A stretch of DNA of 63,774 bases, counting the filler, from Octopus bimaculoides (taxonomy: Eukaryota): the NCBI RefSeq assembly GCF_001194135.2. It is 8 parts of 8 records of this genome, joined end to end, with 100 filler letters (N's around TTAATTAATTAA, not from the genome) between each part and the next. Parts side by side here need not be neighbours in the genome. Positions count along the whole stretch, not along the records: positions 1 to 15,720 come from NC_068995.1; positions 15,821 to 29,878 come from NC_068997.1; 6 more parts are not named here. One strand, written 5' to 3'. The stretch's first letter is position 1. Every line of letters begins with the position of its first letter. Made by a program: the position numbers and the translations under genes. Below are positions 14,363 through 27,166 of the stretch, one piece after another. Under the pieces are notes generated by a model that was given only the letters and a program-made list of their open reading frames with translations, did not search any database and had not been told where the DNA came from.

Positions 14363-15321
14363 GCTGAACAGAGACAGATATGGAATAGGAGAGAGGGGAG
14401 AATTAGAATTAAGCAACTGTCGTATTATTGAAGGAAAGCTATGAAATTTCACTACTGTCTTGTCTCAGCAATAAATATTATCACACATGTCTGTAACACT
14501 CCTAGTTGAATCTTTTAATTCATTTCACTCCAAATCTTTCTCGGTTCACTCCTAAACCGTTAATATGTGTCAACGACTTCAAAGATTTTAGTCTGACATG
14601 TTGCAAACTCTTAAATGAATTTCCTACTAAAGTAGATGAAATATGTTAATAAAGTTTGCTATCGTCTCCAAGTGAGAAAATAACAACTGTACAAGAAGAG
14701 TATCAATGACCTTTAACAAGTTTTATTAGCGCCAACAATAGCGGAAACCTGTCGTAATTTAGTACTGAAAATCTCAAGGTGGAGATAACCCTATTGCGAT
14801 AATCAAGGCGGATGTCGGATATGCTGTTAATTGCTATCAGTTACCATCAAATTACTTTATGAAAGTGAAGAGGTTATTCTATGTTTTCTGTTATATGTAT
14901 AATCGTAGTATTTTTTCTTGTTTTATTTCTCGTAAACATGGCATTGTTTCTGCGAGAAAGACACTCAATTTATGAGTTTTAAATGTCATAGACTGCTTAT
15001 CTGTAAAGACAGTACAACTAGAGGTTACTGTAAGAATGTAATAGTTAATCACTGTATTGACCAGACTATCAGTTCATGTGGAACACTGCAGGTCACAATG
15101 CACTTCCGTGCATTGTTGTAAGTCTTGAATGGAGGTACCCCAATTTCTAGGTGGGCAGGCCATCACCTAGCTACCCCACCCTGAGCGAGGTACTAATTTG
15201 CCGCAGTGTTATCCATTTTCAGCTGACTGGATCTAGAGCACAACAGACTGCCGGTCTGGGAGAAGAAACCACGGTCTTGTGATCGTGAATAGAACTCTCT
15301 TATAATGTATATTCATGTATT

Positions 15322-15540
15322 AAGGCGCCCAGCTGGTAGAATCGTTAGTATGCCGGAGAAAATGTTTAGCGGCATTTCGTCTGTCTCTACGTTCTGAGTT
15401 CAAGTTCTTCCGAGGTCGAGTTTGATTTTGAAACTTTCACTCAAAGTTATCGGTAGGCCTAAGGTGCCACGCAATGGAATTGAATGACACACTACATCAT
15501 TGCAAAGCTAGCTACTTAACCACACAGCCACACCTGCACG
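15322..15540. mobile_element. Two truncated SINE heads in convergent orientation (CORE-type +, third family -)
   Basis: aaggcgcccagctggtagaatcgttag...cgaggtcgag on + (15322 to about 15445) is followed by ctaaggtgccacgcaatgg...ttaaccacacagccacacctgc, the reverse complement of the third-family head. Confidence 0.7.
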
Positions 15541-15545
15541 AATAA

Positions 15546-15580
<35 letters not shown>

Positions 15581-15764
15581 TACATATATATACATGCACA
15601 CACACACACACACACACATACATACATATATATATGTGTATATACAGAGACATGTCTATATTCATGTTTATATAGGTTATTCTTGAGTGTTGTGTTTGTA
15701 TATGATTATGCATACATAGTNNNNNNNNNNNNNNNNNNNNNNNNNNNNNNNNNNNNNNNNNNNN

Positions 15765-15776
15765 TTAATTAATTAA
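15765..15776. other. Artificial assembly linker TTAATTAATTAA (also at 29923, 44114, 49241, 55181, 60664, 62711)
   Basis: Each copy is exactly 44 N + TTAATTAATTAA + 44 N = 100 bp and gives stops in all six frames. Confidence 0.95.
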
Positions 15777-16006
15777 NNNNNNNNNNNNNNNNNNNNNNNN
15801 NNNNNNNNNNNNNNNNNNNNTATATATATATATATGTGTATATATATATACATTCTTACAAACATACATTTTAGCTTATATATACATACAAATATATATA
15901 GCTTCTTATTTACATTACATGCAGGAATAAACATAAATATACAATACAACCATACAGGCGTATGCACGTATACAAACATATTTATCTACACACATAGAAA
16001 CACACA

Positions 16007-16049
<43 letters not shown>

Positions 16050-16059
16050 NNNNNNNNNN

Positions 16060-16097
<38 letters not shown>

Positions 16098-16386
16098 TGC
16101 ACATGCACAATTTATACTGAGCAATCTTGAAGCTATATAGCAGCTAGGTATATAAGAGCAATTACAAGCCGATGGAGACGTCACAAGTGGATGTGTGTCT
16201 CATAGTTCAAATGACCATTTATGTATTAACGGAGAATATATAAATAACATGATCGCCTGCACGGGAAAGGCATCAAAGGTATAAAATATATGAAATATAT
16301 ATACTTGTCTGCTTAATTAAATCAACGTGTATGCATTTGTATATACACAACCCAATATAAACATACATACACATATGCATACATAC

Positions 16387-16418
<32 letters not shown>

Positions 16419-16899
16419 ATAGGCATGTTTGGCTATAATGATTATTTCCATAGAGTCACACGTACATAATAGATTGCTTAAAGCAATCGATATATATTTG
16501 AATGAATACAGAACGGGTTTCGTGTGGGTGTGCGTGTGTGTGTATTTACGCGTGGGTGGTCGCGTCCGCATGTATGGTGTTTTTATTTTAGTACATTTGT
16601 CTTTGTGTATATGTGTGTGTGTATATATATATGTGTATATGTGTATGTGTTTGTGTGTATTGGTGTGTGTACGTATATTTATGTATGATATGTATGTTTG
16701 TGTGTATGTATTTATATGCGGGAATATTTAGCTTTTATTTGATAATTATAAATGATACGAAAGGTAATGTGCTTTAGCAGTTTTGGCAGTGAATCGCGTG
16801 TATGGACATACACACACCCCACACATAAACACATATATACACAAATGTACATACATTTTAGCTTATATATATATATACTCATTTATTATTTGTTTTATA

Positions 16900-16932
<33 letters not shown>

Positions 16933-17304
16933 TCATACATATTCGCGTACATACGTGTGTCACTATGTTTATTCCAGTATATTTGTACAGATACGATGAT
17001 AACGATGTTTACATTGTAACATATATTTATGTGTATGCGTGTGTTTATGTTTGTGGTTGTGTGTGAGTCTGTATGCGTATGAACATGTATCTGTTTATGT
17101 TAACGTGCGCGCGCGCGCGTGTTGAGTTGTCGTTCTTTTCGTCTCTCTCTTTCTCGTTGTCTTATTGTCTTTCCATTTGTTTATCTTCGCTTCTNNNNNN
17201 NNNNNNNNNNNNNNNNNNNNNNNNNNNNNNNNNNNNNNNNNNNNNNNNNNNNNNNNNNNNTATATATATATATACATATACATTTACGCATATATATGCA
17301 TACA

Positions 17305-17337
<33 letters not shown>

Positions 17338-18399
17338 TCATACATATTCGCGTACATACGTGTGTCACTATGTTTATTCCAGTATATTTGTACAGATACG
17401 ATGATAACGATGTTTACATTGTAACATATATTTATGTGTATGCGTGTGTTTATGTTTGTGGTTGTGTGTGAGTCTGTATGCGTATGAACATGTATCTGTT
17501 TATGTTAACGTGCGCGCGCGCGCGTGTTGAGTTGTCGTTCTTTTCGTCTCTCTCTTTCTCGTTGTCTTATTGTCTTTCCATTTGTTTATCTTCGCTTCTC
17601 TGCCAGCATTCGTCGACATTTTTGAACACACAAATACATATAAATCAAGAAGAATTTGACAGACGGACAACAAAACTCATTCATAGATAAATACAACGAT
17701 AGCAACATCAAAGAGTCTATGTTTTAAAATCTAACAACATTTAGATATAAGTACAAAAATTGTTACGAATTAACATAATATATTTTGCTCCACCTTTGGC
17801 CAATTCTGTGCCACTATGGCCGCTGCGAGGTAAAACTGGTCTATGCTGCAACAAGGTAGACCATATTTGTCTCCACCGAATAACATAAAACTTTACTGTA
17901 ACACATTGAATGCTTCCTAGGACTACTTTGGACCACTTGGGACCTGTTGAGATCACGCTGGACTATTGCGGATCACATTGCATCATACAGGATCCAATGT
18001 CATTGGAGAGTCATTCAGGCAAAAATTATTTGCTATTTCCAGCAGGACGAACGAAGACATAAACCAGTCACTCCCAACATTTTCAACGCGTCACACCACC
18101 ACGAAATAATATTAGATTAAGTAATTTCACACATCCTACGAAAGTAATATCACATTTGAAGACGAAAAAGTTAATTTTCAAATGACTAATTAGGTTCTTG
18201 ATTTATTTATCCAATTTGAACAATTTATAATAGTGCGAGCGAACAAATTGAACTGCAAAAACAAAAGAGAAAGAAAAAAAATACGCTTTTGACACTGAAT
18301 AAAACACAAATGTAAATGACTCAATTAAAACAAATTATTGAACAATAGAATTAATCACAAATGGGAACATTAAATTCAAAGACTTCTTTGTTTCTGGTT

Positions 18400-18800
18400 C
18401 TTCATTCATGACTTTTATCAAAACGTGGAACTTTGTTGTCGATTGCCATCCACAGGTTTGTCTGTGGATTAAGGCGATTCTTCGATTTTGAGTTGATTGA
18501 CAAAAGAAAACTGAATCCAGTCACACAAGTTTGTTCTTGCAAATGGAAAAAGGACACAGAGTGCATTTCCAAGAAGTCTTGGAAGTATATCCAGTACTCG
18601 ACACTAAAACTCTTGCTTTCAAATTTCACTTCAAGACAATACTCTCCTTGTCCAAATTATTGAATTACAATTCGTGACGCTTTCACCAAATTCTAAGAAA
18701 ATGGCACCATTGTCTAATTTATTTTTAAGCAAGCTTCAGGTTTCTAAGAGAAAAATATCCACTATAAACATGCTGGTCCTCTGTCAGCTACGATAACGAG
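18400..18800 (-). mobile_element. hAT (Buster/Charlie-like) transposase C-terminal relic
   Basis: Minus ORF KFESKSFSVEYWIYFQ...EQTCVTGFSFLLSINSKSKNRLNPQTNLWMAIDNKVPRFDK resembles the hAT dimerisation-domain pattern YLCE.GFS.L..IK.K.RNRL. Clustered GGAYCAC-like motifs at about 17925-18000 could be subterminal repeats. Confidence 0.7.
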
Positions 18801-18944
18801 TGTTCTATTTGAACTGATCAATTGAACAACCAGCTTGTGATAGTGTTTCCTTGACAAAGGAATTGGTGTGGTTTGTCGTTTGCTTTCCTCACTTCTACAA
18901 ATTGATTCAATATCGAAGTCATATTTGGGCTTTGTAAAAGCGAG

Positions 18945-19140
18945 CGACCAAGTGCTTAGGGTATTGCATTCACGATCGCAAAATCATTGTTTCGATTCCA
19001 AGACCGGGCATTCCAAGATCACTTCATTTCACATTGCTCCAGTCCACTTAGCCGCAAATGAGTAACCCTGCGGCAGACTGGGATCCAATTCGCTGGGAAT
19101 GTCGTCACTTCTATCGCTCATAACCCACAGAGTCCGGGTA
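18945..19140 (+). mobile_element. Degenerate tRNA-derived SINE
   Basis: Contains gtttcgattcc (B box) and ctccagtccacttagccgcaaatgagtaaccctgcg, a core-like motif. Confidence 0.5.
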
Positions 19141-21129
19141 ATGCCCGAGGAATTAATTATGGGGTTGTATTTAGACCTAGATACGATGAAAACGAGAAGA
19201 ATTTTTATGCAGTGAGTTGTAATCACACGCCTGAAAAATCATGAAATCAATTATTTCTCCGACAAATATTAATTATATTCAGATATACATTTAAAAATTC
19301 TATTTAATTACTAATCATTATGTTATTACAGTAATCATATTATTACTTCTACTCAATAGGATTTTGAATTAGTCGTGTTAATTAATTAAAAATTTCTTAA
19401 TTGTTTTTATTCTTCTTATTGATTTTATTTTCTTAATTTCATCATGTGATACATGCCACTTCCGTTGCGTGGATTGTATTGATTATTTATGTGAAAATAT
19501 TGAATATGTATGTGTATGTGTAAGCACGTACTTATGTACGTATTTATATAAGTATATGTATGTATATATACGTTTGCGTGTGAGTGTGAATGCATCTATA
19601 TGTATATATATATATATATATATATNNNNNNNNNNNNNNNNNNNNNNNNNNNNNNNNNNNNNNNNNNNNNNNNNNNNNNNNNNNNNNNNNNNNNNNNNNN
19701 NNNNNNNNNNNNNNNNNNNNNNNNNNNNNNNNNNNNNNNNNNNNNNNNNNNNNNNNNNNNNNNNNNNNNNNNNNNNNNNNNNNNNNNNNNNNNNNNNNNN
19801 NNNNNNNNNNNNNNNNNNNNNNNNNNNNNNNNNNNNNNNNNNNNNNNNNNNNNNNNNNNNNNNNNNNNNNNNNNNNNNNNNNNNNNNNNNNNNNNNNNNN
19901 NNNNNNNNNNNNNNNNNNNNNNNNNNNNNNNNNNNNNNNNNNNNNNNNNNNNNNNNNNNNNNNNNNNNNNNNNNNNNNNNNNNNNNNNNNNNNNNNNNNN
20001 NNNNNNNNNNNNNNNNNNNNNNNNNNNNNNNNNNNNNNNNNNNNNNNNNNNNNNNNNNNNNNNNNNNNNNNNNNNNNNNNNNNNNNNNNNNNNNNNNNNN
20101 NNNNNNNNNNNNNNNNNNNNNNNNNNNNNNNNNNNNNNNNNNNNNNNNNNNNNNNNNNNNNNNNNNNNNNNNNNNNNNNNNNNNNNNNNNNNNNNNNNNN
20201 NNNNNNNNNNNNNNNNNNNNNNNNNNNNNNNNNNNNNNNNNNNNNNNNNNNNNNNNNNNNNNNNNNNNNNNNNNNNNNNNNNNNNNNNNNNNNNNNNNNN
20301 NNNNNNNNNNNNNNNNNNNNNNNNNNNNNNNNNNNNNNNNNNNNNNNNNNNNNNNNNNNNNNNNNNNNNNNNNNNNNNNNNNNNNNNNNNNNNNNNNNNN
20401 NNNNNNNNNNNNNNNNNNNNNNNNNNNNNNNNNNNNNNNNNNNNNNNNNNNNNNNNNNNNNNNNNNNNNNNNNNNNNNNNNNNNNNNNNNNNNNNNNNNN
20501 NNNNNNNNNNNNNNNNNNNNNNNNNNNNNNNNNNNNNNNNNNNNNNNNNNNNNNNNNNNNNNNNNNNNNNNNNNNNNNNNNNNNNNGAGAGGGTCATACA
20601 GATAAATTGAGACAATTTTTACGGCGCATACAACTGATTATAAATACTAAAATAATAGTATTAAACAGATATAATTTGAATGTAACATTTATTACAGGAA
20701 AAACATTTATCAGTCAATATGCCCGCTCTTTTGAGCAACTATTGCAACCTTTTTACAATGGTCCTGAATGGTTATATGTAAGCACTATAGATAGTTACAA
20801 ATATGGAAAGGCATGATATATATGTGTGAAGATTATCACAAATTCTGTAAGCTGCGTATGGCGTTGAATGGACGAATACGTAAGTTATTTTCTGATGTAA
20901 CCAATAAAACCTCGTTCTAAATTTAACTCATCGTATTTGTTTGAAAATTTAATGTATATTGTGCCTTCCAACCGCACTGAATTTGAATATATCAAAAGTT
21001 GGAAACAATATGCTGCAGTACCTTTAATCTCTTCCTTAATAACAATCAATATAGCCAAATGAACTAGAGAGTACACTAACGTATCAGCCAGAAGTGATTC
21101 TTCGTTCTCGAGAAGATTAAAGGAAACAA

Positions 21130-21300
21130 TATGTAGTCTTCGGCATCTGCAAAGCATTAGATCGTGTCTGGTGCACAAATTCCCTGGAAAACCGCCTGTC
21201 TATCGACCTTATCCATCTCCTGTCTTCTGGATTGGTGTCTACTTATCAGATCGCACCATAACTGCGTGCTATAATGAAGCCTTTCCTTCTCGCGCTACCA
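21130..21300 (+). mobile_element. CR1/L2-group LINE reverse-transcriptase scrap
   Basis: Frames give GICKALDRVW (compare DISKAFDRVW) and FWIGVYLSDRTITACYN (compare WI.SYL.DR...V.VN). Confidence 0.6.
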
Positions 21301-22047
21301 TTTCTGATTGAACGACAGTCATGAATTAAAAGAAAGAAACAGAATATTCATTTGTTCACCGACAGAAAAACTTTAACAAGAATTGTAGTTCCTGTACACT
21401 AACTCTTCTTACAAACAGTACTGAAGACAGAAAATTATTAAAAAAAGCCAAAAAACATCGCATAACTTCACACGTGTATATGTGAAAATATCACGTATTG
21501 AACATATGGAGCTAAATGGCTGAACATGTGAGATATTTTCTAACGTATTTTATGTTTTCTTTCTCTTTTGCTCTAAGCAATAAAATTAGGTTGTACAGTT
21601 GACTAATCATATTTCGATGTTATGGTGATTGTTTTTTTTTCTTCTTTGTATCACTCCTTCTTGGGTTACAATTCAAAAAGCTTCAGGCTCCAAAAAACAT
21701 ACAAACAGTCTAGTTTCCGTTTTGACTATTTTCTTCCACGATTGTAAACACAAAGGTCAACCAACCTATGTATGTGTACATTGTATGTATGTATGCATAT
21801 CTATATATATACATTTATATATGTGTGTGTATATATAAATATATTTATATATAAACACACAGACGTACATTTGTACATGTGGATATATATGGATATATAT
21901 GTATAAACGTGTGTCTATATACCAATGAATATATAAATAAATATATATACACATATATATATATATGTATATATATGCATATCTATATGTATAAATGTAT
22001 GTGTATTTGTATTAATGTGTACACACACGGACACACACTCACATGCT

Positions 22048-22454
22048 CTCTTTTACTCTTTTACTTGTTTCAGTCATTTGACTGTGGCCATGCTGGAGCA
22101 CCACCTTTAGTCGAGCAAATCGACCCCAGGACTTATTCTTTGTAAGCCTAGTACTTATTCTATCGTCTCTTTTGCCGAACCGCTAAGTTACGGGGACGTA
22201 AACACACCAGAATCGGTTGTCAAGCGATGTTGGGGGGACAAACACAGACACGCAAACATATACACACACATACATATATACACATATATACGACGGACTT
22301 CTTTCAGTTTCCGTCTACCAAATCCACTCACAAGGCTTTGGTCGGCCCGAGGCTATAGTAGAAGACACTTGCCCAAGGTGCCACGTAGTGGGACTGAACC
22401 CGGAACCATGTGGTTGGTAAGCAAGCTACTTACCACACAGCCACTCCTACGCCT
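22048..22454 (-). mobile_element. Full-length, apparently young third-family SINE
   Basis: Complete head (ggagtggctgtgtggtaag...gggttcagtccc), core, internal microsatellite and agtaaaag-repeat tail. Confidence 0.92.
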
Positions 22455-22470
22455 ACAAAATAAATACCTT

Positions 22471-22528
22471 TGCATCGGCCGGGAATCGAACCCGGGCCGC
22501 CCGCGTGGCAGGCGAGCATTCTACCACT
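22471..22528 (-). pseudogene. 5'-truncated tRNA-Gly(GCC) gene
   Basis: Minus strand agtggtagaatgctcgcctgccacgcgggcggcccgggttcgattcccggccgatgca matches about positions 14-71 of metazoan tRNA-Gly-GCC. The anticodon arm (GCC), T-arm and 3' acceptor strand are intact; the first 13 or so nt are missing. There is no CCA, and a T-rich trailer follows. Confidence 0.88.
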
Positions 22529-23081
22529 TATCTATATAAAATATAGATAAGGCAAGTTATTTTATACTTTATGAAACCATTTTTTCGGCAAATAACAGCC
22601 AGGATTACATAATTGCAAGTTGAAACGTGTGTTTGTGTGTATGTGTACATCTGTCTGTGTGTGTGTGCGTGTGCGTTTGCGCGCGCGTGTGTGTATAAGT
22701 AGCTGAAAAGCTAATTTGTCCTCCACAAAGCTCTCAGATCGATCCAAATGCATAGCTTCTCATACAAATTTGATTTTCTATAACCTCAACTTGTGAGTGA
22801 AAATAGATAGATGGAAAGTCTCAAGAGAAGCCTACCCGAATGATTGTATCAGTAATTTAAAGGTACAACCGTTACATACATTCCCATACAACATTCTTCT
22901 TAAGAATGAAGTGTACACGTGCCTGTTGAATACTCAGCCAGTTATAAGTTGTTCAGTTAGCGAGCAAGAAATTCAGTTGATCGAACAAATTAATCTTTGT
23001 CGTAGAAACCAACGTAGACAAATCTATCGACACTCATGCACACAAGTACACACCCATATACGTATATGCGCATGTATTATA

Positions 23082-23300
23082 TGAGGGGGTGCCGAAAGGA
23101 TTCCTGGCTATAAGGGTATCGCAAAATTCCTGGTTGGAGACCCAACCTTCCGAGTTCATTTACAGGGCTTAGAAAAACTGAAGAACCGCTGCAATAAGTG
23201 CGTGAATCTGAGAGGAGAATATGTTGAATAAAATCACAATTAACTGATCCTCCTATACTTTCATTTATCCAAAGCCAAGAAATTTTTTTACATCCCTTCA
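23082..23300 (+). mobile_element. 219-bp internally deleted mariner (non-autonomous)
   Basis: TA on both sides; imperfect TIRs of about 28 bp (tgagggggtgccgaaaggattcctggct vs reverse complement tgaagggatgtaaaaaaatttcttggct); retains LQGLEKLKNRCNKCVNLRGEYVE*, a mariner C-terminus. Confidence 0.85.
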
Positions 23301-23393
23301 TATATGTGCATGTATTTATTGTTGTATGAATGAATGTATTTTTGTATGTTTGCGAGATATATTCACACACACACACACACTCACACACACACA

Positions 23394-23446
<53 letters not shown>

Positions 23447-23852
23447 CATTGAATGAAGGGAATGGTGTAGGTAATAACGTATTCCATATATTTCAAAGGA
23501 ACCAACGGAAGTTATGCATCTTTAAGGTATTATATAGATGTTTAGTGTTCCTTCTCATCAAGTGCATTTATACCTGTTGATTACAAGTTCATTGTCGAAA
23601 AGAATTCATTAGCAACATTTGTTGGTATACTCTGGATTATTATAGTGGAGGTCATCGATTCGGAATCTATTCGGAATCTCTAAATAATTCGATACGGGAC
23701 GAAATGTCTTGCATGCTTTGATTAATAAACTTTATCGATCGTGCATCATCTATTTTGTGCTCTCTATACAAGCTGTTTCTATGCTTGAGATTAAGCAAAA
23801 TCCTACACCATGATGATTTTGGATCATACCATTTTAATATTATTCACGCACG

Positions 23853-23891
<39 letters not shown>

Positions 23892-24174
23892 GTGTGTGTG
23901 TATGTGTGTGTGTGTGTGTGTGCGTGTGTGTGTGTACACTGTTGACGTTAATTGGCATTTACAAACTTTCCTGAGAGCGGAACGGAAAATTATTTAGTTT
24001 AGTGTAAATCAGTAAATACTAGCATATAAATATTGTGTGTGTCTGTGTGAGTGTGCGTACAATATGGTATGTGCATATATACTCAACGTACTGAGTCAAG
24101 AAAGCAATTCCAGGACTTCAATTAAAGTATATGCAACAAGAATATGGGCACTATAGAGGATGTGTAATTTCATG

Positions 24175-24219
<45 letters not shown>

Positions 24220-24879
24220 NNNNNNNNNNNNNNNNNNNNNNNNNNNNNNNNNNNNNNNNNNNNNNNNNNNNNNNNNNNNNNNNNNNNNNNNNNNNNNNNN
24301 NNNNNNNNNNNNNNNNNNNNNNNNNNNNNNNNNNNNNNNNNNNNNNNNNNNNNNNNNNNNNNNNNNNNNNNNNNNNNNNNNNNNNNNNNNNNNNNNNNNN
24401 NNNNNNNNNNNNNNNNNNNNNNNNNNNNNNNNNNNNNNNNNNNNNNNNNNNNNNNNNNNNNNNNNNNNNNNNNNNNNNNNNNNNNNNNNNNNNNNNNNNN
24501 NNNNNNNNNNNNNNNNNNNNNNNNNNNNNNNNNNNNNNNNNNNNNNNNNNNNNNNNNNNNNNNNNNNNNNNNNNNNNNNNNNNNNNNNNNNNNNNNNNNN
24601 NNNNNNNNNNNNNNNNNNNNNNNNNNNNNNNNNNNNNNNNNNNNNNNNNNNNNNNNNNNNNNNNNNNNNNNNNNNNNNNNNNNNNNNNNNNNNNNNNNNN
24701 NNNNNNNNNNNNNNNNNNNNNNNNNNNNNNNNNNNNNNNNNNNNNNNNNNNNNNNNNNNNNNNNNNNNNNNNNNNNNNNNNNNNNNNNNNNNNNNNNNNN
24801 NNNNNNNNNNNNNNNNNNNNNNNNNNNNNNNNNNNNNNNNNNNNNNNNNNNNNNNNNNNNNNNNNNNNNNNNNNNNNNN

Positions 24880-24935
<56 letters not shown>

Positions 24936-24944
24936 TTATATATA

Positions 24945-25462
24945 CAGTGTGGAGCATAAAGATCTCCCACGTTTGGAGAAGGCACTGTGTGGAAATAAGC
25001 TAACGTAGAGAGAAAGGACGAGTTTCATTTGGAAGGCTCATGTCTACCATTTTTGTATTTATCATTAATGACTCACAAACCTTGATGTAGATGTGGGGTG
25101 GCCAGCAAGGTCACCAGATTTAACACCTTGTGACTTTATCGTTTCAGGGTACCTAAAGGGAAAATTTTTCCGATATCGTCCGGGAACTCTTGAGGATTTG
25201 AAAGAAAGCGTTCTTGAGGAAATCAATGTAATACCACTTGAGATGACACGGAGAGTCATGGAGAACTTCCGGGAGCGACTGCATCAATGTATTGCCAACA
25301 AGAGCCGTCATTTGCCGAATATAGCTTTTAAAACCCAGTAAAATAAACTGTTTTTTATTAACTTTTCAGAGATATAATAATTTTGTTCCTGGATGTTTGT
25401 CTTCTCTTTGTATATTCATGTATATTCATTCACAATGTGGGAGAATCTTATGCTCCACCTTG
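24945..25462 (+). mobile_element. 518-bp internally deleted Tc1/mariner element
   Basis: TA-flanked 26-bp TIRs (cagtgtggagcataaagatctcccac / reverse complement caaggtggagcataagattctcccac). ORF 25093-25341 contains WPARSPDLTPCDF...GYLK, the motif around the third catalytic Asp. Confidence 0.92.
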
Positions 25463-25833
25463 TAATATATATATGTATATATATATGTATATATGTATGT
25501 ATGTATGTATGTATGTACGTATGTTTGTTTGTCCGGTTAGCTGGTTGTTATTGTTGTGTAGCCTAGGACAGCTTTGTCAGAGTCGTTGCATATCATACTG
25601 GTAATCGGATGAACGACAATGTGCATCCTACAGAAACCAACCTTCCCTGTTGCACACTTCGATATGCAGTTAGGAATCATGAGGCGTAGTGTTACACTTG
25701 GGATATATTACACTCGCTCTACACTCCAATCAGTCTCTGTAAATCCGTAGATTCTATTGGCGACCACAACAGAGCTGACAAAAGTGGATTCTATCAGAAC
25801 ACAACATTTGTGCTCCTCAACCTTTATTGTTAA

Positions 25834-26384
25834 CCCATTGCATGCCATGAGCTCCATTTGGGGATCTGCTAAAAACAGTTTCACTGCCGGCTGTTCGTTG
25901 TATTTCAAGTAAATTGCTTATGTACATTGTATTTGCAGAGATGTGTTTAGCAATAATAAGAAGTTAAAGTTTATCATTATTAGCTCTGGCTAATTCTAGA
26001 TGACATTTTATGTCATAAATCGCTAACTTTTAACTACAATAATATTGACTGTTTTGAAAACGTTTTGTTTTTGTTGTTATTTTATTTGTTTTTTTGTTTT
26101 TTTTGCCTTTCCCCTCCATATCATTCATTCATAATTCCTACTCATTCGCATTTGATACTATAGTTTCAAAATAACTAAAATCTTTATTATTGCAATTGAA
26201 TAGAAAAGGATAAATATACTTTTTTTATTTTAGCGATCCCCATTTGAGATTTTTCGAAAAATTTATCATAATTTCCAAAATAATTCACATATGAAGAAAA
26301 TTTAAATACTATATATTATTTTTAACTCCTAAGACACATGACAAAACCAAAAAATATGAATTAAAAGGTTTGGCAGTGAATGGG
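25834..26384. mobile_element. piggyBac-type MITE (551 bp)
   Basis: TTAA at 25830-25833 and 26385-26388; termini cccattgcatgcca / reverse complement cccattcactgcca; AT-rich non-coding interior. Confidence 0.8.
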
Positions 26385-27009
26385 TTAATCCCAGTACAGT
26401 TTAGTAAATGGCTGTGTCGTTGATCGGATCGGCTGAAACACTTGTGGTCGTAACCGACGAAGTTCCTGTGTATGAGTTATATTTATGCTGTTAAATGTGA
26501 TGCTGAGCTGTATTCAATGTTTTCGGTGTTGCTGCTAAAAAAAAATATGGTGGGTGCAGACAGTGAATTTGTGAAGTACCAATTTTCCAGATTCTGTAAT
26601 TTCGACAACATTAGTGCAAGTATTTCAAGATTTTCACGAGTGCTATCTGTGCCTCCTTCAGGCCCGAGGCGTTTTCGATGGATATCTGTGATGTTTTGCT
26701 GTTGTTGAAGACATTGTATGTAGAGGATTCTGCTATTTCTAATCGTTTGTTATAGTCGTCGTCGTCGTCGTTGTATACGTTGTTGTTGTTAGAAGGAGGG
26801 CGTCTGTGGCAGCGATGGCGACGATATAAGTGATGACGGCAGAGGTGTTGGTGGGTGTTTTCTTATTTTCTTTTTCCTCTCTATCAGCACATCATATTAC
26901 CATAGGTTTTGTTGCCTCGGTTTCACGACAATATTCATCTTCATCATTCCGTTACAATAACGGAAACAGGAGCCATATTGCTAACACATTTACATCGTCT
27001 GCTACATTC

Positions 27010-27075
27010 AATTTCCGCCCGGACGCCATGATATATGCAAGCGCTGCTCACTTCCTGTTTACAGTCACGTGACCA
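27010..27075. promoter_or_regulatory. Candidate promoter/enhancer motif cluster
   Basis: atttccgccc (ETS/GC-box-like), gacgccatg (YY1-like), cacttcctgtttac (FOX:ETS composite-like) and the palindrome gtcacgtgac at 27064-27073. A YY1-like aacatggcgg lies at 27379-27388. Motif matches only. Confidence 0.3.
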
Positions 27076-27119
27076 ACAGTAAAGGAAAGCAGCATCAGCC
27101 ACAGTTGTCACACTGCACC

Positions 27120-27131
27120 AGTACCAGTACC

Positions 27132-27166
<35 letters not shown>

